Shown in pieces: positions 10,677-21,601 of a stretch of DNA of 64,000 bases. Made by a program: the position numbers and the translations under genes. Each line of letters begins with the position of its first letter. The stretch's first letter is position 1. The notes beneath the pieces are model-generated. The model did not search any database. It had not been told where the DNA came from and saw only the letters and a list, made by a program, of their open reading frames with translations. The DNA is taken from NCBI GenBank assembly GCA_964518475.1, contig CAZFGR010000004.1, forward strand, positions 39,675 to 103,674. Direction: 5' to 3'. This stretch comes from an uncultured Nitrososphaerota archaeon. GTDB lineage: Archaea; Asgardarchaeota; Njordarchaeia; Njordarchaeales; Njordarchaeaceae.

Positions 10677-10892
10677 TATAAACGCCGGGAATATTGTTAA
10701 AAATTAGTATTTCCTCACGGTTAAGGAATTTTATTAAGTACTAATTTATAGAAAAATCTTTGCCTAAAATCTAATAAATAAAAATGTAGGAAAGCCATAG
10801 ACGTCTCTTTTAAAATGTTTGGAATTCCAGAAAAATCACTTTTAACCAACTCATAGTAAAGAAGGCCAAATAGAGGATATACGTTTCTAATT

Positions 10893-11321
10893 TCATGGAT
10901 CGATTCCGAGCTCTTCTGCTTTCCTTAGGATCTTTAATGCTAGTTTATAAATGTCTTTATAGAGTCTTTTACGTAATATTTCTTCAAGTAGATGAAGATT
11001 TATTGAGGTATAACGATGAACAATTATATTTCTGAACCCTACTATCTTTTTGAATAACTCTACATCGCTGATTTCAAGTACGTTTCTATTTTTTAGCAAT
11101 TCTCCTATCTCACTGTATCTATTAGGGGGTTTTTCTCCAACCTCAGCAAGAAATCTTAACCCCATATCAATTAATTCTTGAATAGAAATTTGCAGCGTAT
11201 AAAGAGTAGATGTCAGAAGAGTATAATCGTCTATTATTTCTTTAGCCTCATGATTGTTAAGGAGAAAGTCTATATGCGCCAGATTTTTCCTTATATGACT
11301 CAATTTTTCCTTCATTTCCAT
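10893..11321 (-). CDS. HEPN ribonuclease toxin, DUF86/HepT family
   Basis: R-X4-H-X-Y motif 'GFRNIIVHRY'. Confidence 0.9.
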   Translation of the reverse strand: MEMKEKLSHIRKNLAHIDFLLNNHEAKEIIDDYTLLTSTLYTLQISIQELIDMGLRFLAEVGEKPPNRYSEIGELLKNRNVLEISDVELFKKIVGFRNIIVHRYTSINLHLLEEILRKRLYKDIYKLALKILRKAEELGIDP

Positions 11322-11752
11322 AGGAGTTCCTCCGCCTTTTTCAAGTACTTCTTACCATATTCTACTAATTCTAACGCTTTTCTAAAATCAATGTACATCG
11401 AGATGCTTACGTCTCTGAAGATTTTGTAGTCCTCTAATGCTCTGGCAAAGACAAGAATGCCATCTCTTAGAATTTTATATCTCAATTCCAGCGGGAGATC
11501 ATTATCAATAATGGTTATGTCGATCTTGTCTTCATTCACATTTAAGCATTCGGATAATTCAACGATTAAATTTACTAATTTCTCAAGACTTGGCCTTTTT
11601 CTGAAGCGGATGGCGATATCGATATCACTATTTTCTCCAAAATCTCCTTTTACAATGGATCCAAAAAGAATTGCAAAGAGAATGTTTTCTTTGTCTTCTA
11701 AGCATTTTTTTAATTTTTTAACCAAAGCATCTAGAGAGTTCATACTCATCAC
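11312..11752 (-). CDS. MNT antitoxin (MntA-like adenylyltransferase)
   Basis: 'ILFGSIVKG...SDIDIAI'; overlaps the HEPN gene. Confidence 0.9.
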   Translation of the reverse strand: MMSMNSLDALVKKLKKCLEDKENILFAILFGSIVKGDFGENSDIDIAIRFRKRPSLEKLVNLIVELSECLNVNEDKIDITIIDNDLPLELRYKILRDGILVFARALEDYKIFRDVSISMYIDFRKALELVEYGKKYLKKAEELLWK

Positions 11753-12092
11753 TGCATCCTATATGAAAAGATTTCTAAGCATTTAAAGTTACATTAACGC
11801 GGAAAAAGAAAACTTATCTTACAGCAATCTTGGTATAGCAATACTTAATGCGTAAAGATAGAAGTCTGTAACTATTAAGTTTTTACATGCCCCGGCATCT
11901 TTTAAGAGTAAGAGCGATTTTAGGTCAAAGTGTAGATTTCTATGCTGTTGGAGCGAGTTCTCTTGCATACTCTATGGTCTCTCTGGATGGTTCAAAAATA
12001 GGTATGTGACTAAAATATGAACACTTTCTAACGTGATCATAAAAAGAAAAATGCTGATAAGTACTTTGAGGTAATTTTCTTATAACTTTCAT

Positions 12093-13103
12093 TTAAGTGA
12101 ATCCTGGTTTTCTAATCTTAGTTACTTCATGATTGACAAGAGTTGGTGGGATTTTTCCCCGATAAAACGCTATTAAGTTTTCTGCCACTATTTCCGCCAT
12201 TCTAGTTCTGGTTTCTATGGTGGCGCTTCCTATGTGGGGAGTTACTACAACATTATCTAGAGTAAGCAATGGGTTATCTTTCGGAGTTGGCTCTTTTTCG
12301 AAAACATCTAGCGCCGCCCCTGCGATCCATCTCTCCTTTAATGCTTTGTATAGAGCCTGTTCATCCACGACGGGGCCTCTACTAGTATTTATAAGGTATG
12401 CTGTCCTCTTCATGAGTTTAAGTTCTCGTTCACTGATCATTCTTCGAGTCTCTGGTGTTAGTGGGACATGTATCGAGACTACATCTGCGGTTCTTAATAA
12501 CTCATCAAGTTCAACAAATTTAGCTCCGATCTCTTTTTCAATATCTTCTTTCCTCTGCTTATCATAGTATATTACTTTCATACCGAAATACTTAGCTCTT
12601 CTAGCAACGGCGGATCCTATTCGCCCCATCCCTATTATTCCCAGAATCTTACCATTTAACTCCATCCCAAGCATCATTGTGGGATGCCAGCCTGTTCTTG
12701 TTCTTTCCCATTCACCGCTCCGCACGAATTTGTCAGCCTCAACTATTCTTCGTGTAATAGCGAGAATGAGCGCCCATGTTAAATCAGCGACGGCCTCAGT
12801 GAGGACTCCAGGAGTGTTTGTCACATATATGCCTCTCTTAGTGCAAGCTTCGATATCAATATTATCGTAACCAACAGCGTACTGAGCAATTATTCTCAGA
12901 TTCTTAGCCTCCCTCAGAACTTCCTCATCTATAGGATCCGTTAAGAGGGTAACAAGAGCGTCAACATCCCTAGCTTTCTCAATAATAATCTCTTTTGGTG
13001 GCGGATAATATTCGGGCCATACTTCTACATCGTAGTATTCCTTAATCATTTTGATGCCTTTCTCCGGTATTTCACGAGTAATGAAAACTTTTGGTCTCTT
13101 CAT
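12093..13103 (-). CDS. gyaR: Glyoxylate reductase (D-2-hydroxyacid dehydrogenase)
   Basis: 'AVGYDNID', 'TNTPGVLT', 'GMGRIG', 'INTSRG', 'PHIGSAT'; resembles Thermococcus GyaR. Confidence 0.88.
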   Translation of the reverse strand: MKRPKVFITREIPEKGIKMIKEYYDVEVWPEYYPPPKEIIIEKARDVDALVTLLTDPIDEEVLREAKNLRIIAQYAVGYDNIDIEACTKRGIYVTNTPGVLTEAVADLTWALILAITRRIVEADKFVRSGEWERTRTGWHPTMMLGMELNGKILGIIGMGRIGSAVARRAKYFGMKVIYYDKQRKEDIEKEIGAKFVELDELLRTADVVSIHVPLTPETRRMISERELKLMKRTAYLINTSRGPVVDEQALYKALKERWIAGAALDVFEKEPTPKDNPLLTLDNVVVTPHIGSATIETRTRMAEIVAENLIAFYRGKIPPTLVNHEVTKIRKPGFT

Positions 13104-13365
13104 GATACATCACCCTCTTAATGTATAATCATTGACGCTTAATAACTCTTTTCAAGTATTCAAGGGTTAAGGATTACTAGAACTTGGTAAACACCTTTAA
13201 TAATCTTGGCTCTGAAAGATTACATAATTTTCGGATGAGAGTTTCTTGGCAACAAATTTGCTGATTATTAGTAAAAAGCTATAACTACATCACTACATCA
13301 TATCTTACTTCTAATGACTTTACAAAACGGTATATTGAAGACAACGAATTATCGAGGCATGTGCC

Positions 13366-13959
13366 TTGTCTTACGAAATTGGAAAGGCTGCGGAGAAAGA
13401 ACTCGCAGAGATATTTGAGAATAACGGTTTATCTGCTATAAAAGTTCCGCTATCGGGCAGATCGCAGGCTTTACCAGATATCATTGTGCCTAGGAAGGGA
13501 ATATTGTATGGATTCGAAGTAAAGACGCTTACGAATAAGGAGGAAGCTACTTTTTCTGGCAAAAGTTTTGATAATCTAATGGAATGGCTCCTAATGCTTA
13601 GGAGGGAGGGAATACCAGCTAAAGGCTTCCTCGCAGTCAAATTAATCGATAGGTGGTTCTTTGTTGAGATAGATAGACGGACAAAAGATGTAAGAATACC
13701 CTGTGATAACATGCTTGAATTAGATGAAATGCTCAGAATTCTTAAAGGTAGAAGAAGGCGAAAAAGAGTAAACTGCTCAATTCGAATAATGGGCTCTAAA
13801 GAAGATGTATATAAACTCCTCGGCATAATTAGAAAATGCTTGGAGAAAAACGGATACATCGTAAAAACAACAGAGCTAGAAGTTTATAAGGATAAGAAAA
13901 CTAGAGAAGAAATCGATACTACTAGAACTAGAATCTACATTAATCTGAAGAGAAAATAA
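13366..13959 (+). CDS. Hjc/Hje-like Holliday junction resolvase-family nuclease with C-terminal extension
   Basis: 'G..AEKEL...GL.AIKVPLSG...PDII....GFEVK' PD-(D/E)xK signature. Confidence 0.75.
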   Translation: MSYEIGKAAEKELAEIFENNGLSAIKVPLSGRSQALPDIIVPRKGILYGFEVKTLTNKEEATFSGKSFDNLMEWLLMLRREGIPAKGFLAVKLIDRWFFVEIDRRTKDVRIPCDNMLELDEMLRILKGRRRRKRVNCSIRIMGSKEDVYKLLGIIRKCLEKNGYIVKTTELEVYKDKKTREEIDTTRTRIYINLKRK

Positions 13960-14000
13960 CGGTCAAAAATCTGGAGGAAATGAGGAAATAGGGGACTAGA

Positions 14001-14810
14001 ATGATTGATCCATTAGAATTGACTAGAATGCTTAGAGAAATCGTGTGTAAGGAGGAAAGTGGTATAGTTCTACGACGATATTGGAGATTCAGAGGTGGAC
14101 AGTGGTACGGTGGCATAGCTACAGCGGATTGTGTGGGATGTAACCTTAGATGCAAATTCTGTGGACCAGTTCTCTACATGACTAAGAAAAAGCTACTAGG
14201 TGCGCTAGAAACTCCTAAGAACGTGGCTAAAAAGTTGGTAAGTATTGCTTTGAAACACAACTATAGATACCTAAGAATAAGTGGCGGAGAACCGACAATC
14301 TGTCCAGAACATCTTTTCCAGTTATTGGATGCTCTAAGGGAATATCCATTCATTTTCATACTTGAAACGAACGGAATTCTTCTAGGCTATGATAAATCAA
14401 TTGTTGAGCAACTTAGCCAGTATAGGAACGTACATGTGAGGGTCTCTATAAAGGGAACAAATCCTCTAGAATTCCAAGAATTAACTATGGCGGATAAGAA
14501 ATTCTTTGAGTACCAGTTAAGGGCACTAAAAAATTTGCTAGACTATGAACTATCTTTTCACCCAGCAGTAGTAGCTAGTTTTACAACTCCTCAGAACATA
14601 GAGAAACTAAGAAGAGAATTAGCTAATATAGATCCATCCTTAGCAGAGCATCTTGAAATAGAATACATCGTTCTATATCCGCATGTTATAGAATCACTAA
14701 TAAAACATAAACTCTTTCCAAAAAGAGCTTATACCATGAAGTGGGAGTTGATAGGGGAAGAAGATTTTAAAAGGAGGCTTCTCAAAGAATATGGTGACAA
14801 TTATTCATGA
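14001..14810 (+). CDS. Radical SAM protein
   Basis: CxxxCxxC 'CNLRCKFC', 'SGGEPT', 'LETNG'. Confidence 0.9.
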   Translation: MIDPLELTRMLREIVCKEESGIVLRRYWRFRGGQWYGGIATADCVGCNLRCKFCGPVLYMTKKKLLGALETPKNVAKKLVSIALKHNYRYLRISGGEPTICPEHLFQLLDALREYPFIFILETNGILLGYDKSIVEQLSQYRNVHVRVSIKGTNPLEFQELTMADKKFFEYQLRALKNLLDYELSFHPAVVASFTTPQNIEKLRRELANIDPSLAEHLEIEYIVLYPHVIESLIKHKLFPKRAYTMKWELIGEEDFKRRLLKEYGDNYS

Positions 14811-14859
14811 ATATTTTTAGTTCTATTCTCTGCGTGATTTGGTAGAAATATCAAACAAC

Positions 14860-15228
14860 TTAGAATTTTGTGTAAGAGAATCTGTTTGCTTGAGATATAT
14901 GAAGCCACCATGGAGTTTTTTGAACTGGGACATATTCTTTATCTACTAGAAGGTAATCTCGAAATACTTTAATAACCACTCCTCTATCTCCTCTTTTCAT
15001 ATCGCTCCTAATACTCCTGGCCCTCCAAAGTTCTCCCCTGACTCGTACCCATCCCATCTTAGTGGGGCTAAGGTCCTCGACAACTATGCATTCTTCTCCT
15101 ATTAAATCAAGCGCCCACCTCTTCCCCTGTGGTCGGAGAATTACAATTATTAATGCAATAATTATTATGAGGAATAATATCCCAAGCATGACTGGTAAAA
15201 AAAGTATATAGAGAAAGAGGTCAGGCAT
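14860..15228 (-). CDS. NfeD family (short, OB-fold) protein
   Basis: 'LIGEECIVVEDL.P..GWVRVRGELWRARS'; adjacent to a stomatin gene. Confidence 0.88.
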   Translation of the reverse strand: MPDLFLYILFLPVMLGILFLIIIIALIIVILRPQGKRWALDLIGEECIVVEDLSPTKMGWVRVRGELWRARSIRSDMKRGDRGVVIKVFRDYLLVDKEYVPVQKTPWWLHISQANRFSYTKF

Positions 15229-15237
15229 ATTAGGTCC

Positions 15238-16080
15238 CTAACTGCTTTCATGTTCTTCTTCAGTCTCTTTCTTAATTAATGTTTTTGTTACTCCTATTGC
15301 TTTAAGAATTTCCTCAAAACCAGTACCTACTGTGAGAGGGTATAGAAGAACAACATTCTTCTCCTTGGCCATTGCTTGTAGAGTATCTAGTTCGCGCAGA
15401 CGTAATGCAACTGGGTGCTTTTCATAATATTCAGCCGCCTTTGCGATTATCTCTGCAGCCTGCCTATCACCCTCAGCCGAGATTATCTTAGCTCTTCGCT
15501 CTCTCTCTGCCTCTGCCTGTGCCGCCATTGCCCTAACCAGTTCTGGAGGCAGCACGATTTGCTGTAATGCCACGTTCACGACCTTTATTCCCCATCCAGA
15601 CACTTGCTCGTCAACAAGTTCCTGGATTCTCTTAGCTAATTCTTCTCTTCTTGTTAGAATTTCGTCCAGCTCAAAATCTCCTAAAATATCTCTTAACGCT
15701 GTTTGCCCAAGCACGTATATTGTCCTCTGAATATTTCCAAGAGTTACGACTGCTTTGCCAGGATCATGTATGCGGTAGAATACTGCAGCATCCACTTTTA
15801 TATTGATATTATCTTTCGTAATCAGTTCCTGACTAGGGATATCAATTGTTTGCACCCTCAGATCAACTCGTTGAATAGAGTCTATCCCTGGTATTATCCA
15901 GATAAGTCCTGGGCCCTTAACTCCCACTAATCGTCCGAGTCTGAATACAACAGCCCTCTCGTACTCTGGAAGAATCCTTATACCTGATAGGAAATAGATA
16001 ACCAGGAAGAAGAATATAAAGAACAGAAAACTCATTAGGAAGAATACCCCCGCTTGCATAGGATCACCATCCAACCTCAA
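15238..16080 (-). CDS. SPFH/band 7 stomatin-like protein (start may be ATG at 16059)
   Basis: 'EYERAVVFRLGR', 'AMAAQAEAERERRAKII.AEG'. Confidence 0.95.
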   Translation of the reverse strand: MRLDGDPMQAGVFFLMSFLFFIFFFLVIYFLSGIRILPEYERAVVFRLGRLVGVKGPGLIWIIPGIDSIQRVDLRVQTIDIPSQELITKDNINIKVDAAVFYRIHDPGKAVVTLGNIQRTIYVLGQTALRDILGDFELDEILTRREELAKRIQELVDEQVSGWGIKVVNVALQQIVLPPELVRAMAAQAEAERERRAKIISAEGDRQAAEIIAKAAEYYEKHPVALRLRELDTLQAMAKEKNVVLLYPLTVGTGFEEILKAIGVTKTLIKKETEEEHESS

Positions 16081-16663
16081 TCAATATATATGATCCTTTC
16101 TATTTAAAAGTATTGCTTTTATAGAGGACTAGGTAAAATGTATAGTATATTAGAAATAAGTATTGGTACCATCGCCTAATCCGAATTGCTTTCTTAGCTA
16201 AAGTGAGATAATTATGGAGATGCCCTACTTTAATGTATAAAAGGTGATCAACTATAGGCTTGAGACGCTTCAGAAGATTTTATCATTTTTTGGAAATTAT
16301 TCCTCATTAGGCTGATCACCATAGTACCTAGATACTAGATCAAACTAATGAGAAGTACTAAAATTTTCACAATGTAGAAGAGGCAAGACCCGAGCTGAAA
16401 ACACAGAGTAAAAACCAATAAATCAACACGCGATTTAGAAAGTGATGTAATTGTTGCTGAAGGTTCTTTAAGCAATTGGAAATGGATGCGAATATTTTTA
16501 TTCAGAAAAGAAAAGATCCCGCATTTGTTTTACTCTTTTTGTAGATGGTTCCTTAAGCGCTAGCGTTAAAGTAAGCGTTATTCTACCTAAAGTTTTTTAA
16601 AAAATATAACAATGTAACTTTTTAAAACCGCTAAGAGGCAAAACTGTTCTGAGAGGAATCATA

Positions 16664-17527
16664 TTGAGTCGTGCTAAGGCTTATGCGGAACTTTTTAAAC
16701 TCAAGCAAACAGCACTTTTAGTATATTCTGGGATTTTTGGTTACTTTATAGCAGCTGGTCTTGATATCAATATAGTAGATCTCAGTTTATTTATCATAGC
16801 TAGTTTCTTATCAATATGTGGAACTACTGGACTGAACATGTACTATGATAGGGATATAGATAGTGTCATGTTTAGGACGAGAAACAGGCCATTACCTAGT
16901 AACAGGTTAGATCCCGATGAAGCATTCGCTGTTTCAATGACGCTAGCAGCGACAGGTATAGCGATCGGCTTCTTCATAAACTATTGGGTAGGTATCGCCA
17001 TAACATTAGGTTTCTTAATAGATGTGTACGTTTACACAGTTTTCCTTAAGAGAAGGACGCCACTAAATATTGTCATAGGAGCGATTGCTGGAGGAATGCC
17101 TATATTTGGAGGATACATGGTCTATACTAAGCAGCCCACTCTTAAAGCACTTTTATTACTACTAATAATTGCTATATGGGCTATTCTCCACATATGGTTT
17201 ATAGCGACTTATTATATCGAGGATTATCAAAGAGCTAACATCCCGATGTTGCCAGTTGTTATCGGTGAAGAGAAAACCATTAAAGTAAGCTTTGCTGGAC
17301 TCGCAATACTTCTTGCAATAGTTATAGCTATGAAGATACTAAACTATGCAACATGGTTCTCAGTAAGTGTCTCGCTGCTGTTTACAATTATCCTAGCGAT
17401 CATTCTTATAAAATATCTTCAAACGAACAATAAGGAGTATGTTAGAAAAGCGTATAAAATATTAAGTCCCTACCAAGGAATTCTCTTGCTAGTATTCTTT
17501 ATTGAGAAAATATTAGGCTTTGTGTAA
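16664..17527 (+). CDS. cyoE: Heme O synthase (protoheme IX prenyltransferase, UbiA family)
   Basis: 'NMYYDRDIDSVMFRTRNRPLPS', 'YTVFLKRRTPLNIVIG', 'EDYQRANIPMLPV'. Confidence 0.9.
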   Translation: MSRAKAYAELFKLKQTALLVYSGIFGYFIAAGLDINIVDLSLFIIASFLSICGTTGLNMYYDRDIDSVMFRTRNRPLPSNRLDPDEAFAVSMTLAATGIAIGFFINYWVGIAITLGFLIDVYVYTVFLKRRTPLNIVIGAIAGGMPIFGGYMVYTKQPTLKALLLLLIIAIWAILHIWFIATYYIEDYQRANIPMLPVVIGEEKTIKVSFAGLAILLAIVIAMKILNYATWFSVSVSLLFTIILAIILIKYLQTNNKEYVRKAYKILSPYQGILLLVFFIEKILGFV

Positions 17528-17537
17528 TTTTAAGGAA

Positions 17538-18257
17538 CTATTCTCTCCTAATAATTTTTAGGACATAACTAAACGCCTCTATTGGATCCTCGAAGTGTAC
17601 CTTGGCCGCTCGTTTTACTTCTGGATTATCACCAACGGCAATCGAAAGTCCTGCTTTTTGGAGCATTGGTATATCATTCAGACCATCTCCCAGGGCTATA
17701 ACTTCTTCATCGCTGATTCCTAGTTCAGCTAAAATTCTCCTTAAAGATACATATTTATCAACATTAACTGGGAAGACTTGTATCACGTTATGCATTCTGT
17801 GATAAATTAACCTACACAGGTTCTTAGCGTGGTTTTTCTCTAAGAACTTTTTAACATAATTGTCTACTTCTTCGAAGTATTCGCCAGCAGCCATAGTTAG
17901 TATAACTCTTGTGCACGGAATAAATATCTTGTCACCAAAGGATCTCTCTAATTCGTCTTTTAAGGAATTTCTTATCCTCTGAAACTTTTTTAACTCATCT
18001 TTTTCTAGAGCGTAAATGATTCTTACTTCGTCTGGGAAGTATATTACGGAACCTTCCTCGCCGACCAGAATCGTTCTATTAGGTCGTAGTCCCATGCCAA
18101 GGATTAAACCATCGAGCCAAGTTATTTGACGGCCTGATAAGAAGATTATTCTGCAGTGTTGAGAGATCTTTTTTAAAAGATCAGAAATCTCTCGAGGTAC
18201 TGGATCGTGGTACGGCTTCACTACACCATCTACGTCAGTTGCCACTAATCTATACAT
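17538..18257 (-). CDS. HAD superfamily (Cof-type) phosphatase
   Basis: 'ATDVDG', 'SGR', 'DK', 'GDGLND'. Confidence 0.9.
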   Translation of the reverse strand: MYRLVATDVDGVVKPYHDPVPREISDLLKKISQHCRIIFLSGRQITWLDGLILGMGLRPNRTILVGEEGSVIYFPDEVRIIYALEKDELKKFQRIRNSLKDELERSFGDKIFIPCTRVILTMAAGEYFEEVDNYVKKFLEKNHAKNLCRLIYHRMHNVIQVFPVNVDKYVSLRRILAELGISDEEVIALGDGLNDIPMLQKAGLSIAVGDNPEVKRAAKVHFEDPIEAFSYVLKIIRRE

Positions 18258-18690
18258 CTTTTTTAGCCTCCCTTAACTTCTTCACTATTCTCTCTTTAAC
18301 ATCGATTATTCCTTCTTTACCAGCTGATAGAGCTATACGTGCAAGCTCTTTTAGGGACTTCTTGTCCTCCCTTTCTATCAGGACAGTAAGTAGCATCGGG
18401 ATATTAACACCGGAAACGATCTCTACATCTTCTCTCTCGGCAGCAATTAATGCTGAAACATTCATCGTTGTTCCTCCAAAGATATCAACAAGAACCAATA
18501 CTCCGTCTCCATCATTTACTGCATCTATAGCTTTAGACACCTTCTCCTTAAGATCCTCTAGCCCCTCGCCCTCCAGTAAGGGTACTCCGATAGCCTTTTC
18601 GGGTTTCCCATAAAGCATTCTAGCAGTCTCTAAAAGCGCATCAGCTAGGTGCTGATGCGTCACAATTACAATACCAATCACTTTTCTCAC
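18250..18690 (-). CDS. PTS EIIA component, mannose/fructose/sorbose family
   Basis: 'IVIVTH' phospho-His, 'LVDIFGGT..N', 'SGVNIPML'. Confidence 0.92.
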   Translation of the reverse strand: MRKVIGIVIVTHQHLADALLETARMLYGKPEKAIGVPLLEGEGLEDLKEKVSKAIDAVNDGDGVLVLVDIFGGTTMNVSALIAAEREDVEIVSGVNIPMLLTVLIEREDKKSLKELARIALSAGKEGIIDVKERIVKKLREAKKDV

Positions 18691-18846
18691 CTTATTTATG
18701 AAACTTCAAGCTAAAACACTTTTAAAATTAGAATATAAAGGATACCGTATATCGATCGAGAATGGATGTCTGAGAGAATGGGTGTCTTTATGTATTGGGA
18801 AGAACTAGAAAACTTCTAAACGAAGCTCATTCTAAAAGTTATGGTC

Positions 18847-19278
18847 TTATTCCTCGATTCTGGGTAATCTTTTTATCCATTTTACTTTATCAAAATCAGT
18901 GTCAAATGTGTAGATCTCATCAATTCCTTCTCTCTTCATTACTATTACCGCAAGAGCATCGTTAGGATCTAGCATTAATTCCTTCCCTAAGGATGCCGCA
19001 TGCAGATAATCTTCTTTCTTAACGTCAGTAATTTCAATATTTTCCATCGAGAGTAGTGTAAAGACAATATCGTTAAGATCTGCTAATGAAATTCCATGTT
19101 TTAGGATGTTCACGATTTCTGACAAATGCACCACAGTTGTTATGACTTCTTCTCCCTTCATGATTCTACTCACAATATTCTTAGCCTCTTCCTTCATTCT
19201 TTTTTCTTTTCCATTCAATTTACGTCTAGGTTTATAATAAGCATAGATGAAGATATTTGCATCAAGAAATCTTTTCAT
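18847..19278 (-). CDS. vapC: VapC/PIN domain toxin
   Basis: 'FLDANIFIYA', 'NDAL', 'IYTFDTDFD'. Confidence 0.92.
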   Translation of the reverse strand: MKRFLDANIFIYAYYKPRRKLNGKEKRMKEEAKNIVSRIMKGEEVITTVVHLSEIVNILKHGISLADLNDIVFTLLSMENIEITDVKKEDYLHAASLGKELMLDPNDALAVIVMKREGIDEIYTFDTDFDKVKWIKRLPRIEE

Positions 19279-19280
19279 AA

Positions 19281-19529
19281 CTATTTCTCTCCTCTCTCAG
19301 CTAATCGCTTTTCAAACTCTTTCCAATCCCCGATGGCATCCACTCCTAAATCAACACTATCAAAATATTTGCGCAAATCAATTCTTTTAAGCGGGAGAAT
19401 CCTTAGCTCATCATCCATCTTTAAAATAACAACGTAATTTGTATCGCGAAGAACCTTTTTACGCCAATCTGCCGGCAATACAATACGTCCAAACCTATCT
19501 ACCTTTTTCACTTCAAAACTCATCACCAC
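19281..19529 (-). CDS. AbrB-type VapB antitoxin
   Basis: 'KKVDRFGRIVLPADWR'. Confidence 0.9.
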   Translation of the reverse strand: MVMSFEVKKVDRFGRIVLPADWRKKVLRDTNYVVILKMDDELRILPLKRIDLRKYFDSVDLGVDAIGDWKEFEKRLAERGEK

Positions 19530-19555
19530 TCACCATCAAATTAACTCAAAACATC

Positions 19556-19600
19556 TTGCCAAATAATATATGAACTGGCAAATAATATTAATTTTGCCAA
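19556..19600. promoter_or_regulatory. Probable vapBC autoregulatory operator
   Basis: Three alternating TTGCCA/TGGCAA half-sites flanking AT-rich spacers just upstream of the antitoxin. Confidence 0.55.
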
Positions 19601-19770
19601 CCTCTTCGTTATATAATTGAGTTTTTCTCTTGAGAGAAAAATTCGGGATTTTCTCATTAGACTAGAGACTAATCACTAATAATGTCGAGATAGAAGATAA
19701 CTGAGTGAGAAACTACTAATTGCTTAAAAAGTTAGATGGAAAAAATTATGGGGGAGAATAAAAGTTCCTC

Positions 19771-20907
19771 TCAGACCGCATAGAGGTGGTCGCTCCAAGC
19801 TTTAGGTGCTGTCCTAACATACTTTAGGATAGCTATCAATCCATCAACTATTATCGCTATAATTGCCACAATGATGATTATTTTCGCCAGCGGCAAGTAT
19901 TCTTGAGGTATCGTTATTATTACCCCATACCTTAAAAGATCAAAGTAGCCTTTCACGAGGTACTCCGTAGGAATTATGATAAGTTGTATCTGTTCGGTGA
20001 ATATAGCTGCGATTAATAACCAGGGAAGAAACATGAAACCTAAAACAGACTTTACTGTGTCAGCGAGATAACTTCGAGTCTCAGTATATTTCTCGTAAAA
20101 GTACTCCACTAAGTCAATTACCGCTATGAGAATAAGATAAGTTGAGAGAATGTACAAAAAGAACTTCATTAACTGGTTAAATGGCAGAATACTTACCATA
20201 AATATCATGTACGCTATGAAAAGCGCTACGAATGACTTGAAGACAAGTAATATCGAAGGAGAATAAGCAATTGCTCTAGGGAACGGTTGTAGGTATTCGA
20301 TCTCCTCAAACCTTTTTGGTCTCTCAGTAACTTCTCTAGGCTTTGCTATCCTAACCTCTGTGCGCTTTTTAGCTCTTTCCACTTCTCTCCTTATCTCTAA
20401 TCCAAGATCCTTCATTATCTTCAAAAAACCTTTCTTAAGATCTGGGTTACTTGAAACGATAGACATCAATACGTATAGACCAAGAATTATGAATGTTATT
20501 GATAAAAGCATCTCAGCAAAGATCATTGCTACATCCAATAAAGCAGCTGCGCTGCCATGATACGCATAACTGATAATTTTTAACGTATATCCGATAATAA
20601 CAAATATCACTACCCAGGAGACAATCTTTATGAAGTAGGGGTAAAGATCGTCACTAATTCCTAGCTCAAATACTAGTTTTTCCTTCTTTCCTCCAACAAC
20701 ATATTTGCTAGCTAATTCCCTTGGATCACCGAGATCTCTGAGGACTCTATATACATTCCTGACAGTTAATCCTCCCAATTCCATAGCCTTATCAATAATA
20801 TGCGTCCTCAATTCTGCGACAACGTCCTCAGCGATGTCTTCCGGCAAGTATCTCTTTACTTCATCTAGGTATTCATCTATGAGCTCCATGGCCTCCTTCT
20901 CACTCAC
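19771..20907 (-). CDS. PadR-associated membrane protein with N-terminal HAAS-like helical domain
   Basis: 'IDEYLDEVKRYLP...VAELRTHI...LGDPRELASKY' followed by multiple TMs. Confidence 0.8.
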   Translation of the reverse strand: MSEKEAMELIDEYLDEVKRYLPEDIAEDVVAELRTHIIDKAMELGGLTVRNVYRVLRDLGDPRELASKYVVGGKKEKLVFELGISDDLYPYFIKIVSWVVIFVIIGYTLKIISYAYHGSAAALLDVAMIFAEMLLSITFIILGLYVLMSIVSSNPDLKKGFLKIMKDLGLEIRREVERAKKRTEVRIAKPREVTERPKRFEEIEYLQPFPRAIAYSPSILLVFKSFVALFIAYMIFMVSILPFNQLMKFFLYILSTYLILIAVIDLVEYFYEKYTETRSYLADTVKSVLGFMFLPWLLIAAIFTEQIQLIIIPTEYLVKGYFDLLRYGVIITIPQEYLPLAKIIIIVAIIAIIVDGLIAILKYVRTAPKAWSDHLYAV

Positions 20908-21253
20908 CTTCCTTCACCTCCACGATATTATTAACTATTGAGGATAGTTTCTTCCAGAAACTTCTCATCTCAGCAAAAACTTGGAGACCCAAGGACGTGA
21001 TTTTGTAGTATTTTCTTGCCTTATCGTGAACAATCTTCCATTCACCCCTGATATAGCCCTTGCCCTCAAGCCTCCTTAGCAAAGGATACAGAGTTCCCTC
21101 CTCAATCGTTAAGAACCCACTACTCAATTGCTTGATCGTTTTTGAGATTTCGTAACCATACATCTCCTTCTTAGATAAAAGTGCGAGGATGCACATCTCG
21201 ACGATCCCTCTTTTTATCTCCGTTTTCCAAGTATCAATGTCAACGTCATCCAT
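20900..21253 (-). CDS. PadR family transcriptional regulator (start reassigned to ATG 21253 after GGAGGT)
   Basis: 'MYGYEI', 'EGTLYPLLRRLE', 'RKYYKIT..G'. Confidence 0.92.
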   Translation of the reverse strand: MDDVDIDTWKTEIKRGIVEMCILALLSKKEMYGYEISKTIKQLSSGFLTIEEGTLYPLLRRLEGKGYIRGEWKIVHDKARKYYKITSLGLQVFAEMRSFWKKLSSIVNNIVEVKEGE

Positions 21254-21274
21254 AATATACCTCCAAAAATATAC

Positions 21275-21295
21275 ATACCTTGCCATACAAGGTAT
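21275..21295. promoter_or_regulatory. Probable PadR operator
   Basis: Perfect inverted repeat ATACCTTG-N5-CAAGGTAT about 20 nt upstream of the padR start. Confidence 0.65.
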
Positions 21296-21601
21296 ATTGT
21301 CACAATAGGTATTTAAGTTTTACATGAGATTGAATGATTATTTGTGAAAAACGGAACAGCCTTTTCTATTCTGTACCAAGAATAAACCAGAACTTTCTAT
21401 TCCTTGTTAAAGCAAATATCGGTTTCTTAGATGGTTTTCTAGGTAATATTTCCAGAATCGATAGACCTTGAAGAACACTGTCATTGAAATATTTCCGAAA
21501 AACAGTTAGAGAAAATAATTTATGAAGAAAAGTTTTTATTGCGTATTAATTTAGTGTATTTTGCCGCATTCTCTAAGAATAAATCTAGGAAGGATGATAA
21601 T

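Noticed and set aside
18700-21530. Defined mobile element inserted in the PTS locus
   Set aside because: No transposase, integrase, terminal inverted repeats or target duplication found.
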